From: an uncultured Candidatus Saccharibacteria bacterium
GTDB taxonomy: Bacteria > Patescibacteriota > Minisyncoccia > Ryanbacterales > HO2-45-13
Length of the DNA stretch: 54,281 nt
Assembly (NCBI GenBank): GCA_964354975.1
Contig: CAYHBS010000001.1
Location: 1-54,281, forward strand
Direction of reading: 5' to 3'
Shown here: in pieces, positions 26,627-36,665 of the stretch
How positions within the stretch are numbered: the first letter of the stretch is position 1
Layout: each line of letters opens with the position of its first letter
Made by a program: the position numbers and the translations under genes
The notes under the pieces: generated by a model
The model's input: the letters and a program-made list of their open reading frames with translations, nothing else
What the model was told of the DNA's origin: nothing
Databases searched by the model: none

Positions 26627-27997
26627 TTAGGCGGAAGATTTTTTGATCGAAATACCAAGTTCACGGAGCTGCTCTGGCGCAACTGATGCCGGAGTGTCCA
26701 TCATCGGATCATATCCCTCGCCTGTTTTTGGAAACGGAATCACTTCGCGGATACTTGATTCTCTTTGTAGCACTGCGAGGAGTCGGTCCATTCCGAGTGC
26801 CGCGCCTCCGTGTGGGGGTACTCCATAATCGAAGGCACGCAACATATGCGAAAAATATTTTTTTTCTTCGTCGGAAAAACCAATTAAATCAAAAATACGC
26901 GCCTGCAACTTGGGATCGTGAATACGGATGCTTCCCCCCAGTACTTCGTATCCATTCAGCGCGAGATCATATTGATATGAACGTGCTTCTCCGGGCCTGG
27001 TATCGAGCAGGGGGATATCTTCTGTCTTTGGCATGGTAAACATATGGTGGGACGGAGCGTAATGGCCATCCACCATTGCTGTCTCGAATAACGGGCAGTC
27101 AATAATCCAGACAAATCCAAGTTCATGCAAATTATTTTTATCTTTACGGATATCCGGCTTGTCGCTTTGGTATTTCTCCATTGCTTCCGAATATGTAATA
27201 CGCGGCCACGGAGTTTGCATCACAGCGTCGGGATAGTATTGTTGCACCATGGTCGTCATCATTCCCTCTATCAGCTGCATGACTGCTTCCCTATCAATAA
27301 AACTCATTTCAATATCGAGTTGCGTAAATTCTGGTTGACGATCGGCGCGAGTATCTTCATCGCGAAGACATTTGGCAAACTGAAAATATTTCTCAACTCC
27401 CGCGACCATCAACAACTGTTTATATTGCTGTGGACTTTGTGGGAGCGCATAAAAAGTACCGGGTTCTTTGCGATTTGGGACGAGATAATCACGCGCGCCC
27501 TCGGGCGTCGATTTCGAAAGCAATGGGGTTTCTATTTCAATAAATCCCTGATTGTGTAAGTAGTTGCGAAAATATGAAATGACTGCATCTCGATGACGCA
27601 GATTGTTTCGCATGCGCTCTCTTCGTAAATCGAGATACCGATATTGCAGGCGCAGTTCTTCATTGATGAGTGCACCGTCTGAATCAATATCAAATGGAGG
27701 AGTGAGCGATTCGTTAATCACCGTTATCATATGCACCTCCATCTCAATGTGACCAAGTGCCTGTTCGGCATTTTTCATGCGCTCCGGACGCTCTTTTATG
27801 TCCCCCTCTATCTCCACCACCCACTCTGATCTCAACGTGCTTCCAATCGCGTGCGCATCCGAAAATTGTGGAGTAATGACACACTGAAGTAGCCCATCAG
27901 CAGTGCGAAGATCAATAAATATGATCTTTCCGTGGTCTCGGCGAATATGGACCCATCCGTGTACTTTCTTCCCTGTGCCTATTTCAATCATATGCAT
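26627..27997 (-). CDS. aspS: Aspartate--tRNA ligase, short GAD-less form, probably non-discriminating
   Basis: RRDHG, LPQSPQQYKQLLM, DRQPEFTQLD, GGSIRIH, PPHGG; 456 aa. Confidence 0.95.
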   Translation of the reverse strand: MHMIEIGTGKKVHGWVHIRRDHGKIIFIDLRTADGLLQCVITPQFSDAHAIGSTLRSEWVVEIEGDIKERPERMKNAEQALGHIEMEVHMITVINESLTPPFDIDSDGALINEELRLQYRYLDLRRERMRNNLRHRDAVISYFRNYLHNQGFIEIETPLLSKSTPEGARDYLVPNRKEPGTFYALPQSPQQYKQLLMVAGVEKYFQFAKCLRDEDTRADRQPEFTQLDIEMSFIDREAVMQLIEGMMTTMVQQYYPDAVMQTPWPRITYSEAMEKYQSDKPDIRKDKNNLHELGFVWIIDCPLFETAMVDGHYAPSHHMFTMPKTEDIPLLDTRPGEARSYQYDLALNGYEVLGGSIRIHDPKLQARIFDLIGFSDEEKKYFSHMLRAFDYGVPPHGGAALGMDRLLAVLQRESSIREVIPFPKTGEGYDPMMDTPASVAPEQLRELGISIKKSSA

Positions 27998-28003
27998 CCA
28001 AGA

Positions 28004-29347
28004 TTACCCGCGAACGATAGTTGCGCCAAGTGCTCGTAATTTTTCTGAAAATCGTTCATATCCGCGTCCAATAATTTCCATGTGCGCAATGGTGGTTTCT
28101 CCGCGCGCGGTAAGTGCCGCTACGATGTACGAAAATCCCGCGCGCAGATCAGGTATTGCAATGCGCGCACCAATGAGCGATGTCGGTCCCATAATAATTG
28201 CGCTGTGGAGGTGACTCTTTTGTCCAAATCTACACTGCTTGCCGCCTAGACATTCGCGATAGAGCTGAATATCTGCTCCCATGCGCTTCAGCGCATCGGT
28301 AAATCCAAATCGATTTTCGTATACCGTTTCGTGCACCACCGACGCACCGTGTGCTTGTGTGAGCGCTACCACAAACGGCTGTTGCCAATCGGTCATAAAT
28401 CCCGGATGCACATCGGTTTCTACCGCAATTGATGTGAGTTCCCGCCCGCGAGAAAATGTAATGCCGTCGTCATGGATTTCAAATGCTCCGCCAATTTGCT
28501 GATATTTGTTCAAGAATGTCGTCATATCGAGCTGGCGAGCATTCCGTACGGTAATGCGTCCGTCGGTTGCGATCGCTGCACACGCCCACGACGCGGCCTC
28601 AAGTCTGTCTGGCATGACGGTGTGATCGTATCCATGGAGTGCCTGCACGCCAATGATTGTGACCGTGCGATCCGTATCCACCGAAATGATTGCTCCCATT
28701 TTTTGGAGAAGCGCAATCAGATCAATAATTTCGGGCTCCACGGCGGCATTTGATATCACGGTGATGCCTTCCGCAAGCGTCGCGGCAAGTAAAATCTGTT
28801 CCGTGGCTCCCACGCTGGGATATGGTAAATGTATGCGATTCCCCACAAGGCGCGAGGTGCGCATGATAAATCCTTTCGGTACGTGCTCGATCGTCGCACC
28901 AAGTTGCTCAAGTGCAGATAGGTGAAAATCTACCGGGCGCGGACCAATGTTACATCCGCCCAGTTCCGGAACCATGGTATGCCCAAATCGCGCAAGCATG
29001 GGACCGGCAAACAAAATGGGAATGCGACTACGTCCGGCAATCGACTTGAGTGTTGTTGGTGCGATTTCTTTGATTGATGTTGCGGTGATGCAAATGACCC
29101 CGGGACGCACCTCTTCTACCGTTCCTCCAAGCGCGCGAATCATCTCCCTCACAACGTGCACATCGTCAATATTTGGAACGTTTTTTAGTGTGCACGGCTC
29201 GGCGGTCAGCATGGCCGCCACCATACACTTCGAGACGCTGTTTTTAGCTCCCTGTACGGTAATTTCCCCTTTCAACGGCACACCACCAATAATTGCCATT
29301 TCGGTTGAAACGGAGGTAGGGGTCGCGAGACGGGTGGTACGATTCAT
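28004..29347 (-). CDS. murA: UDP-GlcNAc 1-carboxyvinyltransferase
   Basis: GAKN, GGCNIGPRPVDFH (active-loop Cys present), SVGATE, PDLRAG, RGYE. Confidence 0.95.
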   Translation of the reverse strand: MNRTTRLATPTSVSTEMAIIGGVPLKGEITVQGAKNSVSKCMVAAMLTAEPCTLKNVPNIDDVHVVREMIRALGGTVEEVRPGVICITATSIKEIAPTTLKSIAGRSRIPILFAGPMLARFGHTMVPELGGCNIGPRPVDFHLSALEQLGATIEHVPKGFIMRTSRLVGNRIHLPYPSVGATEQILLAATLAEGITVISNAAVEPEIIDLIALLQKMGAIISVDTDRTVTIIGVQALHGYDHTVMPDRLEAASWACAAIATDGRITVRNARQLDMTTFLNKYQQIGGAFEIHDDGITFSRGRELTSIAVETDVHPGFMTDWQQPFVVALTQAHGASVVHETVYENRFGFTDALKRMGADIQLYRECLGGKQCRFGQKSHLHSAIIMGPTSLIGARIAIPDLRAGFSYIVAALTARGETTIAHMEIIGRGYERFSEKLRALGATIVRG

Positions 29348-29393
29348 GAGAGCATTCTAGCGCAAAACTCGCCTTCTCTAAAGGGATAACGCA

Positions 29394-31019
29394 CTACTTC
29401 GTTTTTTTGGCAGCTCGGATGAATGCGCGAAACAACGGGTGCGGCGAGAGTGGTCGCGAGGTAAATTCAGGATGAAACTGTGTACCAAGGAAAAACGGAT
29501 GGTCTTTCAACTCTGCAATTTCAACAAGACGTGTGCGTGGGTTTCGCCCAGAGAATACCAGTCCCGCCTCCTCCAGTCGCCCCACATACGCGTTATTTAC
29601 TTCATAGCGATGTCGATGTCGCTCAACAACTTTTTTTACTGCGTACGCTCGCTGTGCAATGGTACCTGGCGTGAGATTGCACGTATAATTACCCAATCGC
29701 ATCGTTCCTCCCATCGTATGGTTTTTTAAATTCTCAATCTGTGATTCCATCACATCAATCACGGGGTGCGGAGTATGTATTGCAACTTCCTTCGTATGTG
29801 CTCCCTTTAATTTTGCGACGTGGCGAGCAAATTCAATCACCATGAGCTGCATACCATAGCACAGACCAAAATATGGAATGTGTTGCTTACGGCAATACTC
29901 AATCACATTGATTTTTCCCTCAATACCACGAGCGCCGAATCCTCCCGGGACAACAATCCCATCAAACTCCGAGAGCGCTTTGCGCGCTTTCACGTCGTGC
30001 TCGTACGCCTCCGCATCAAGCCATGTGAGTTTTGCATTTCTCCCTTCCGCCCAGGCCGCGTGTTTCAGCGCTTCAATGACCGAAATATATGAGTCGGAGA
30101 GGGAAAACTTTCCCGTTGAAAAATATTTTCCCACGATACCAATGTGGAGATCCGGTTTTTTCTTTTTCACAGCCCGCAAAAATGCACGCCACTCTATCAA
30201 GTCATGCTGCTTCGGTTTTATTTGAAGCTTTTCAATGATACGGTTTGAGAGATTATCCTTTTCAAAGTTAATTGGAACCTCGTAGATGGTCTCAATATCA
30301 GGAGCACTAATGACATCTGCCTCGCGAAGGTTGCAAAAAATTGATATTTTCCTTTTTCGTGGTTGATCTAATGGAAATTCTGAACGTGCAAGAATGATAT
30401 CTGGTTGAATGCCCGCGCTTTGCAGTGCGCGCACCGCATGTTGCGTGGGCTTTGTCTTCATTTCCCCAATTTTCGAAGGGACCGGCAAATAGCTCACCAT
30501 GACAAACAGCACATCGTTTGGACGCTCTAGGTGTAACATACGCGCCGATTCAAGAAACAACAGGTTTTCGTACTCCCCCACCGTACCGCCAATTTCAATC
30601 ATCATAATCTCCGCCTTATCTTTTTTTGCCGCAGCGCGAATGCGGCGAATCACTTCTTCCGGAATGTGTGGAATGGGTTGTACGCACTTTCCTCCGTATT
30701 CCAAATTGCGCTCTCGATTGATGACGCTCTGGTATACCGAGCCCGAGGTCATATAGTTTTCACGGTGCAGTGCAATATTCAAGAATCGCTCGTAATTCCC
30801 AATATCCTGATCACACTCAAGACCATCGGCAGTAACAAATACTTCTCCATGTTCCACCGGATTCATCGTACCCGCATCCACATTGAGATACGGATCAATT
30901 TTCATCGCGCTTACTCTCCATCCGCGTGATTGTAATATTTTCCCAATGGACGATGATGCGACACCCTTCCCGATGCCAGACATCACACCCCCTACAACAA
31001 AAATGTATTTCGTGTTCAT
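29394..31019 (-). CDS. pyrG: CTP synthase
   Basis: GGVMSGIGKG, KTKPTQH, GLCYGMQ, RHRHRYE, QFHPE. Confidence 0.97.
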   Translation of the reverse strand: MNTKYIFVVGGVMSGIGKGVASSSIGKILQSRGWRVSAMKIDPYLNVDAGTMNPVEHGEVFVTADGLECDQDIGNYERFLNIALHRENYMTSGSVYQSVINRERNLEYGGKCVQPIPHIPEEVIRRIRAAAKKDKAEIMMIEIGGTVGEYENLLFLESARMLHLERPNDVLFVMVSYLPVPSKIGEMKTKPTQHAVRALQSAGIQPDIILARSEFPLDQPRKRKISIFCNLREADVISAPDIETIYEVPINFEKDNLSNRIIEKLQIKPKQHDLIEWRAFLRAVKKKKPDLHIGIVGKYFSTGKFSLSDSYISVIEALKHAAWAEGRNAKLTWLDAEAYEHDVKARKALSEFDGIVVPGGFGARGIEGKINVIEYCRKQHIPYFGLCYGMQLMVIEFARHVAKLKGAHTKEVAIHTPHPVIDVMESQIENLKNHTMGGTMRLGNYTCNLTPGTIAQRAYAVKKVVERHRHRYEVNNAYVGRLEEAGLVFSGRNPRTRLVEIAELKDHPFFLGTQFHPEFTSRPLSPHPLFRAFIRAAKKTK

Positions 31020-31459
31020 GCGGCAATAATTTCGAGTGTAATATACGCTTTCTCCGTTCCCACATGCACGGGCACTTCGTGTTTTCCAATCTGTTTCATC
31101 GCATGCGTGAGATCAATGTCTGTTACAGTGAGCTCCTTAAGTCCGATGTTGTGGAGTTGTGTGAGGACATCATCCCTCCCGACACCTTCATACAACGCCC
31201 CCGCAGGGGACGCTTTCCGAGATATCTGAATTGTGGTTTGTTTCAGTGTTGCAATATACGCAGCGCGCTCTGCTTCTCGCTTTCCTGATTTCATTTCACG
31301 CGCGCGTATTTCTATTGCATGTGCTTTCATCGCTCCTTCAGACGCTGGCGCTGCAAGTCCTTTTGGGATGAGGAAGTTTCTTGCGTATCCATCAGAGATG
31401 TCTTTTACTTCTCCGCGTTTTCCGAAATGTTTTACATCTTTCAGGAGTAGGATTTTCAT
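31016..31459 (-). CDS. rplI: 50S ribosomal protein L9
   Basis: MKILLLKDV..GKRGEV..SDGYARNFLIPKGLA. Confidence 0.95.
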   Translation of the reverse strand: MKILLLKDVKHFGKRGEVKDISDGYARNFLIPKGLAAPASEGAMKAHAIEIRAREMKSGKREAERAAYIATLKQTTIQISRKASPAGALYEGVGRDDVLTQLHNIGLKELTVTDIDLTHAMKQIGKHEVPVHVGTEKAYITLEIIAA

Positions 31460-31463
31460 AGCG

Positions 31464-32684
31464 CTATGTTCCAGTGGTGATAAATTGCATAGCTCGGTCA
31501 AGCGTGAAATCTACGACGCCCTTTTCTTCTGCAGCAGCCGCCTCTTCTGGGTCAATTGCGATATGAGGCACGAGCCCCACTTCGGTGATAGAGACGTCAT
31601 TCGGTGTAAACCACCTCGCGATAGTTATCTTCAATGTGGTGTCCCCAGTGACATCCACCACTTCCTGTACTGATCCTTTACCAAATGTCGTCTCCCCAAT
31701 AATTGTGGCAATGGAATGATCTTTGAGCGCACCAGCGAGAATTTCAGAAGCAGATGCCGATCCACGATTCACCAGTACCGCCATCTTGAGGTCACGGATC
31801 TCGGCATATCCGCGACTCCGGTACTCGCGTGGTTCTTCGCCGCGCACGCGCTCAATCAGCACAACTTCATCACGCGGTATAAACCAACTTGCGATATCTA
31901 CTGCCGCATCAAGATACCCACCGGGATTGTTGCGAAGATCTAAAATAAGTTTATTTTTACCAGACCCTACAAATTCTCTAATTGCTGTTTCAAACAAATC
32001 TGGGGAATTTGCGGAGAATTGATAGAGTCGGATGATAAAGACATCGCCGTTGATTTCTGTATCAATAACTGGAATTTCAATTTTTGCGCGGGTGATAGAA
32101 ATTTCCTTTGCAGTGTCTTCGCCTTCGCGGAAAATGGTGAGTGTGACCACGGTACCACCCTTGCCACGAATCTTCGTTACCGCCTCTTCAACGGTGATAT
32201 TGGTAGTATCCTCACCATCAATTTTTAAAATATAATCTCCCGCTTTCAGACCCGCCAGTTTTGCGGGAGACCCCTCAAGAGGTGAAATGACGACCAGTGC
32301 TCTACTGCGAATACCAATCTCGGCACCAATACCTTCAAATGCACCGCTGATATCTTCTTGAAAAATTGAACTTTCCGATGGTGGCATAAATACGGTATAT
32401 GGATCTCCCACTGCACTCACCATCCCTTGAATTGCTCCCCACACCAATTTTTGTCTATTGATTTCGTTTTTTGCGACGTATGTTTTTTCAAGAATATTCC
32501 ACGCTTTCCAAAATGGATCAAAATCTACCGGGTCACCATTCTTGACTCCCCATTGCTGATTACTCACGCCAATGACACGCTCAATGTATGGGCGCCGTTC
32601 GTATCCGACATACATTCCTGAAACAAAGACGATCCCCACCAGGATCAGTGCGCTCGCAATTGTCACCAGCTTTGCATTTCGCAT
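31464..32684 (-). CDS. Carboxyl-terminal processing protease S41 with PDZ domain
   Basis: GDPYT, GIGAEI, LDLRNNPGG, SASASEI, TFGKGSVQ. Confidence 0.93.
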   Translation of the reverse strand: MRNAKLVTIASALILVGIVFVSGMYVGYERRPYIERVIGVSNQQWGVKNGDPVDFDPFWKAWNILEKTYVAKNEINRQKLVWGAIQGMVSAVGDPYTVFMPPSESSIFQEDISGAFEGIGAEIGIRSRALVVISPLEGSPAKLAGLKAGDYILKIDGEDTTNITVEEAVTKIRGKGGTVVTLTIFREGEDTAKEISITRAKIEIPVIDTEINGDVFIIRLYQFSANSPDLFETAIREFVGSGKNKLILDLRNNPGGYLDAAVDIASWFIPRDEVVLIERVRGEEPREYRSRGYAEIRDLKMAVLVNRGSASASEILAGALKDHSIATIIGETTFGKGSVQEVVDVTGDTTLKITIARWFTPNDVSITEVGLVPHIAIDPEEAAAAEEKGVVDFTLDRAMQFITTGT

Positions 32685-32755
32685 TTGTTCCAGTATAGCG
32701 TATGGCAGGGCCTGTGCACAAAATGCTACGCTACCATTATGATCACCGAATTGCT

Positions 32756-34123
32756 ATGAGACTCTTCAACACCTTCGGAGGCACCGTTCAGCCGATTATT
32801 CCACAAAAGAAATCGTCCATTTCGCTCTATAGTTGTGGGCCGACTGTCTATCAGCGCGCACATGTCGGAAATCTGCGAACCTATATTATGGTGGATATTT
32901 TGAAGCGCGCGCTCCTGCATGAAAAGTACACGGTGCATCATGTCCTTAATATCACTGACGTTGGTCATCTGACCGAAGATTCTGACGACGGAGAGGACAA
33001 AGTAGAACGTGAAGCGCGTGCACAGCACAAAACTGCAAAGCAGATTACAAAATACTATGAACGCCTGTACAAGACAGACGTGCGTGCACTCGGAATTCTG
33101 AAGGCGGACATTTACCCGAGGGCTTCAGAACACATAAAGGAGCAAATCGCGATGGTACGCGCACTAGAGCAGAAAGGCCTGACATACCGCACGAGCGATG
33201 GAATTTATTTTGATACGGCAAAATTTCCAACTTATGGAATACTGGCGCAGAAGAATCTCAAGGGGCTGCAAAGTGGTGCGCGCGTTGCAGTAGGAGAAAA
33301 GCGCTCACCCACTGATTTTGCGCTGTGGAAGTTTTCTCCGCCTGCCGGTGCACGTCGCCAAATGGAATGGAAGTCTCCGTGGGGAGTGGGATTTCCGGGG
33401 TGGCACATTGAATGTTCCGCAATGAGCATAAAATATTTAGGCAGCACCATTGATATTCATACGGGTGGTATTGATCACATTAATATTCACCACTCAAATG
33501 AAATTGCGCAATCAGAGGCAGTGACGCATAAACCATTTGTAAAATATTGGATGCATATCAACTTTCTTGTGCTCCCTGGTTCGGGAGAGGACGCCAAAAT
33601 GGCAAAGTCAAAAGGAAATGTGGTAACGCTCGATGATATCCGCGCGCGAAAGTTCGATCCGCTCGATTTTCGCTACATGATGTTACTTTCCCACTGGCAA
33701 CAGCCAGTCACCTTCTCTTGGGATGCACTGGAGGCGGCCAGCGTAGGTCGGAAGCGTCTGATTGAGGCCTACGCACGTGCGCCCAAAAAACTTTCTCGTG
33801 AATCTCTTCTACCGTTTTGGGATTATATTGCCGATAATCTCCATACCCCCAAGGCAATTGCATGGCTGTGGACTGAATTGAATGCCGGGAGAATCTCTCA
33901 ACGCATGCTCCGCGAAACGGACACCCTACTTGGTCTTGGGCTTACGAAGCGTAACATCATGAACGTAACCATCCCAAGTGATATTGCCGCACTCGTGGCC
34001 CAACGAGAACGTGCGCGAGCACAGCAGGACTGGACGTTATCAGATACCATCCGTGAACAACTCAAATCACTCGGATGGAGTATTGAGGATACGTCTTCGG
34101 GACCCATCGTCCACAAGTTATAA
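32756..34123 (+). CDS. cysS: Cysteine--tRNA ligase
   Basis: YSCGPTVY..AHVGN, PGWHIECSAM, HHSNE, KMAKS. Confidence 0.96.
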   Translation: MRLFNTFGGTVQPIIPQKKSSISLYSCGPTVYQRAHVGNLRTYIMVDILKRALLHEKYTVHHVLNITDVGHLTEDSDDGEDKVEREARAQHKTAKQITKYYERLYKTDVRALGILKADIYPRASEHIKEQIAMVRALEQKGLTYRTSDGIYFDTAKFPTYGILAQKNLKGLQSGARVAVGEKRSPTDFALWKFSPPAGARRQMEWKSPWGVGFPGWHIECSAMSIKYLGSTIDIHTGGIDHINIHHSNEIAQSEAVTHKPFVKYWMHINFLVLPGSGEDAKMAKSKGNVVTLDDIRARKFDPLDFRYMMLLSHWQQPVTFSWDALEAASVGRKRLIEAYARAPKKLSRESLLPFWDYIADNLHTPKAIAWLWTELNAGRISQRMLRETDTLLGLGLTKRNIMNVTIPSDIAALVAQRERARAQQDWTLSDTIREQLKSLGWSIEDTSSGPIVHKL

Positions 34124-34311
34124 CCAGAAATTAGGGGTTTACCAAGCTCTTATTCGCTGCGGTCTGTCAAGGAGTGAGGTCATATGTGTAGTAACTGCAG
34201 ACACATTGCGCATGTGCGAGCGCATGAGAGCTCGGCATGCACACCTTGCATGTCATTTTTGCTCAAAGCGGCACTTGTGGCGTGCATATTCCTCCCGGTA
34301 CTATGTGAGCA

Positions 34312-35688
34312 ATGGACGCTCCGTTTAAAGTTCCTCCACACGATGAGGATGCCGAGAAAGCAGTTCTTGGCTCATTAATGCTCGACCCGCGCGCAATTGA
34401 AAAAATTGCGGATATGTTGAACGCGGAAGATTTTTATAAGCGCGAGCACCATCTGATTTACACGGCAATGGTGGATTTATTCGCAAAAAATATTCCCATC
34501 GATGTCGTCTCTACCTCCACACGCCTCAAAGAATCCGGGGCACTGAAAGAAGCCGGGGATCGGGCATACCTCGCGGAACTCACCGGCGGAGTTGCCACTG
34601 CCGCACATATACAACACTACGCGGATACCATCAAAAAAAAGCGAGTGCTCCGTGAACTCATTCATATATCACATCAGCTCGGAGAACAGAGTTTTCAAGA
34701 GAACACGGATGTGGAGCTCCTCCTTGATGACGCGGAGCGTCGCGTGTTTAATATTTCACAAAAATCTCTCCGACAAAGATTTATTAGTGCAAAGACTGCG
34801 CTTGCAGAAGCATGGGAACGTATCGATCGTCTGCACCGTGGAGATGCGGCGCTTCGCGGGGTACCTACGGGATTTGCGGATCTTGATAAATTACTTTCAG
34901 GACTCCAGCCTTCCGATCTCGTGATTCTTGCCGCTCGCCCTTCAGTTGGAAAAACATCTCTTGCTCTCGATATCGCTCGAAATGTTGCCGTGAAGCATAA
35001 AATTCCCGTTGGAATTTTTAGTCTTGAAATGTCCACACAACAGCTGATTGATCGCCTCATCGCCGCAGAGGCCAATGTGGATCTGTGGCGCCTGCGCACT
35101 GGGAAACTTCGTGCAGACCAGGGCGATTTTCAGCGTGTGCAAGATGCGCTGTCTAAACTTTCAGAATCCCCTATTTTTATTGATGACGCAGCATCAAACA
35201 CTGCAATAGAAATGCGTGCGATGGCGCGGCGACTCAAGGCGGAGCATGGACTTGGACTCATTATTATCGACTACTTACAGCTCATGGAGGGACGTAGAAA
35301 AACAGATAACCGCGTCCAGGAAGTTTCCGAGTTTTCTCGTTCTCTGAAGTCGCTCGCAAAAGAGCTTGATGTTCCAGTGCTTGCGCTCTCGCAAATGTCT
35401 CGTCTCATTGAACAACGTCACCCGCCCATTCCACGTCTTTCTGACCTTCGTGAATCAGGGTCTATTGAACAAGACGCGGATGTGGTGATGTTTATTTACC
35501 GCGAGGACAAAATGAAGAGAGAGGGCGCACGCGAAAATATCGCCGAAATTATGGTGGAAAAACATCGGAACGGACCTACCGGAAAAATAGAGCTCTTCTT
35601 TGACGGAGAAAAAGCGCGATTCCTGCCGATCGAGCGCCACTTCGCTGCGGCGCAGGGTGAAATGGGCGCAGAAACGCACCAACTCTAA
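34312..35688 (+). CDS. dnaB: Replicative DNA helicase
   Basis: AARPSVGKT, FSLEM, IDYLQL, DLRESGSIEQDAD, KHRNGPTG; no intein. Confidence 0.97.
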   Translation: MDAPFKVPPHDEDAEKAVLGSLMLDPRAIEKIADMLNAEDFYKREHHLIYTAMVDLFAKNIPIDVVSTSTRLKESGALKEAGDRAYLAELTGGVATAAHIQHYADTIKKKRVLRELIHISHQLGEQSFQENTDVELLLDDAERRVFNISQKSLRQRFISAKTALAEAWERIDRLHRGDAALRGVPTGFADLDKLLSGLQPSDLVILAARPSVGKTSLALDIARNVAVKHKIPVGIFSLEMSTQQLIDRLIAAEANVDLWRLRTGKLRADQGDFQRVQDALSKLSESPIFIDDAASNTAIEMRAMARRLKAEHGLGLIIIDYLQLMEGRRKTDNRVQEVSEFSRSLKSLAKELDVPVLALSQMSRLIEQRHPPIPRLSDLRESGSIEQDADVVMFIYREDKMKREGARENIAEIMVEKHRNGPTGKIELFFDGEKARFLPIERHFAAAQGEMGAETHQL

Positions 35689-35690
35689 AC

Positions 35691-36317
35691 ATGACACGAC
35701 CAGATGTTATAAAAAAAGTGATTGAACTCTTACAGCATCTTCCCGGTATCGGTCCCAGGCAAGCGGAACGATTTGTCTATGCACTCATCGATATGAAAGA
35801 GGCGGCGCCGCGCGAACTTGGTGAGGCATTGATTGCGCTTTCTCGCGGGGTTACTCGATGTAACGTATGTATGCGTGTAGTTGAATCGGGTCACAATATC
35901 TGTAATGCGTGTCAGTCGGGAAATATTTCTCACATCATTGTTGTTGAAAAAGACCAGGATATTGATGCATTTGAGCGCAGTGGGATTGAGGGCGTGGGGT
36001 TCCATTTGCTCCGTGGGTTTATTCTTGGAGGACCGGACGATGCAGCGGTACGAGATCGGATACGCGCACTCTATGCACGCATCGAACAGGCCGGTACGCA
36101 GCGCGCAGAGGAATCCTTAGAAATTACGCTCGCATTCGCCGCGACTGCTGACGGAGATATGACCGCGGCATATATCACAAAAATACTAGAGCCGCTTACC
36201 CGCCCTACGCTTACTATTACGCGACTTGGGCGAGGACTCTCTACTGGATCAGAACTCGAATACGCTGATCGCGATACTATTAAGCATGCGTTTGCGGCAC
36301 GAAATAAAACACCCTAG
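35691..36317 (+). CDS. recR: Recombination protein RecR
   Basis: LPGIGPRQAER HhH, C4 Zn finger, Toprim-like domain, TRLGRGL..GSELEYAD. Confidence 0.92.
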   Translation: MTRPDVIKKVIELLQHLPGIGPRQAERFVYALIDMKEAAPRELGEALIALSRGVTRCNVCMRVVESGHNICNACQSGNISHIIVVEKDQDIDAFERSGIEGVGFHLLRGFILGGPDDAAVRDRIRALYARIEQAGTQRAEESLEITLAFAATADGDMTAAYITKILEPLTRPTLTITRLGRGLSTGSELEYADRDTIKHAFAARNKTP

Positions 36318-36333
36318 TCCGCCAGCCTGCGGA
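36318..36333. repeat. 16-bp TCCGCC-N4-GGCGGA palindrome, copy 1
   Basis: TCCGCCAGCCTGCGGA (one mismatch) fills the whole recR-rplU intergenic gap. Confidence 0.6.
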
Positions 36334-36645
36334 TTAGAGTGATTTTACTTTGACTTGTGTAAACGGCTGGCGATGTCCTTGCCTGCGGCGTTGTCTTGTC
36401 TTTGAGTGATACCTCATAATGCGAATTTTACGGCCGCGCCCTTGTTTAAGCACGTCTGCCTCTATGGTCACACCAACAATATAGGGTTTTCCCACGGTAA
36501 TTGTTTCTCCATCAACCGTGAGCAGTACTTTATCGAATACCACCTTCCCTCCTTCGTCCACGGGCAATTTTTCGATAGACAACGTCTCCCCATCCCCAAT
36601 GAGGTACTGCTTCCCGCCGGTATCAATGATTGCGAATTTCGCCAT
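36334..36645 (-). CDS. rplU: 50S ribosomal protein L21
   Basis: AIIDTGGKQY, GKPYI, GHRQPFT. Confidence 0.96.
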   Translation of the reverse strand: MAKFAIIDTGGKQYLIGDGETLSIEKLPVDEGGKVVFDKVLLTVDGETITVGKPYIVGVTIEADVLKQGRGRKIRIMRYHSKTRQRRRQGHRQPFTQVKVKSL

Positions 36646-36665
36646 ATATAGTGCCTGGGATATTA

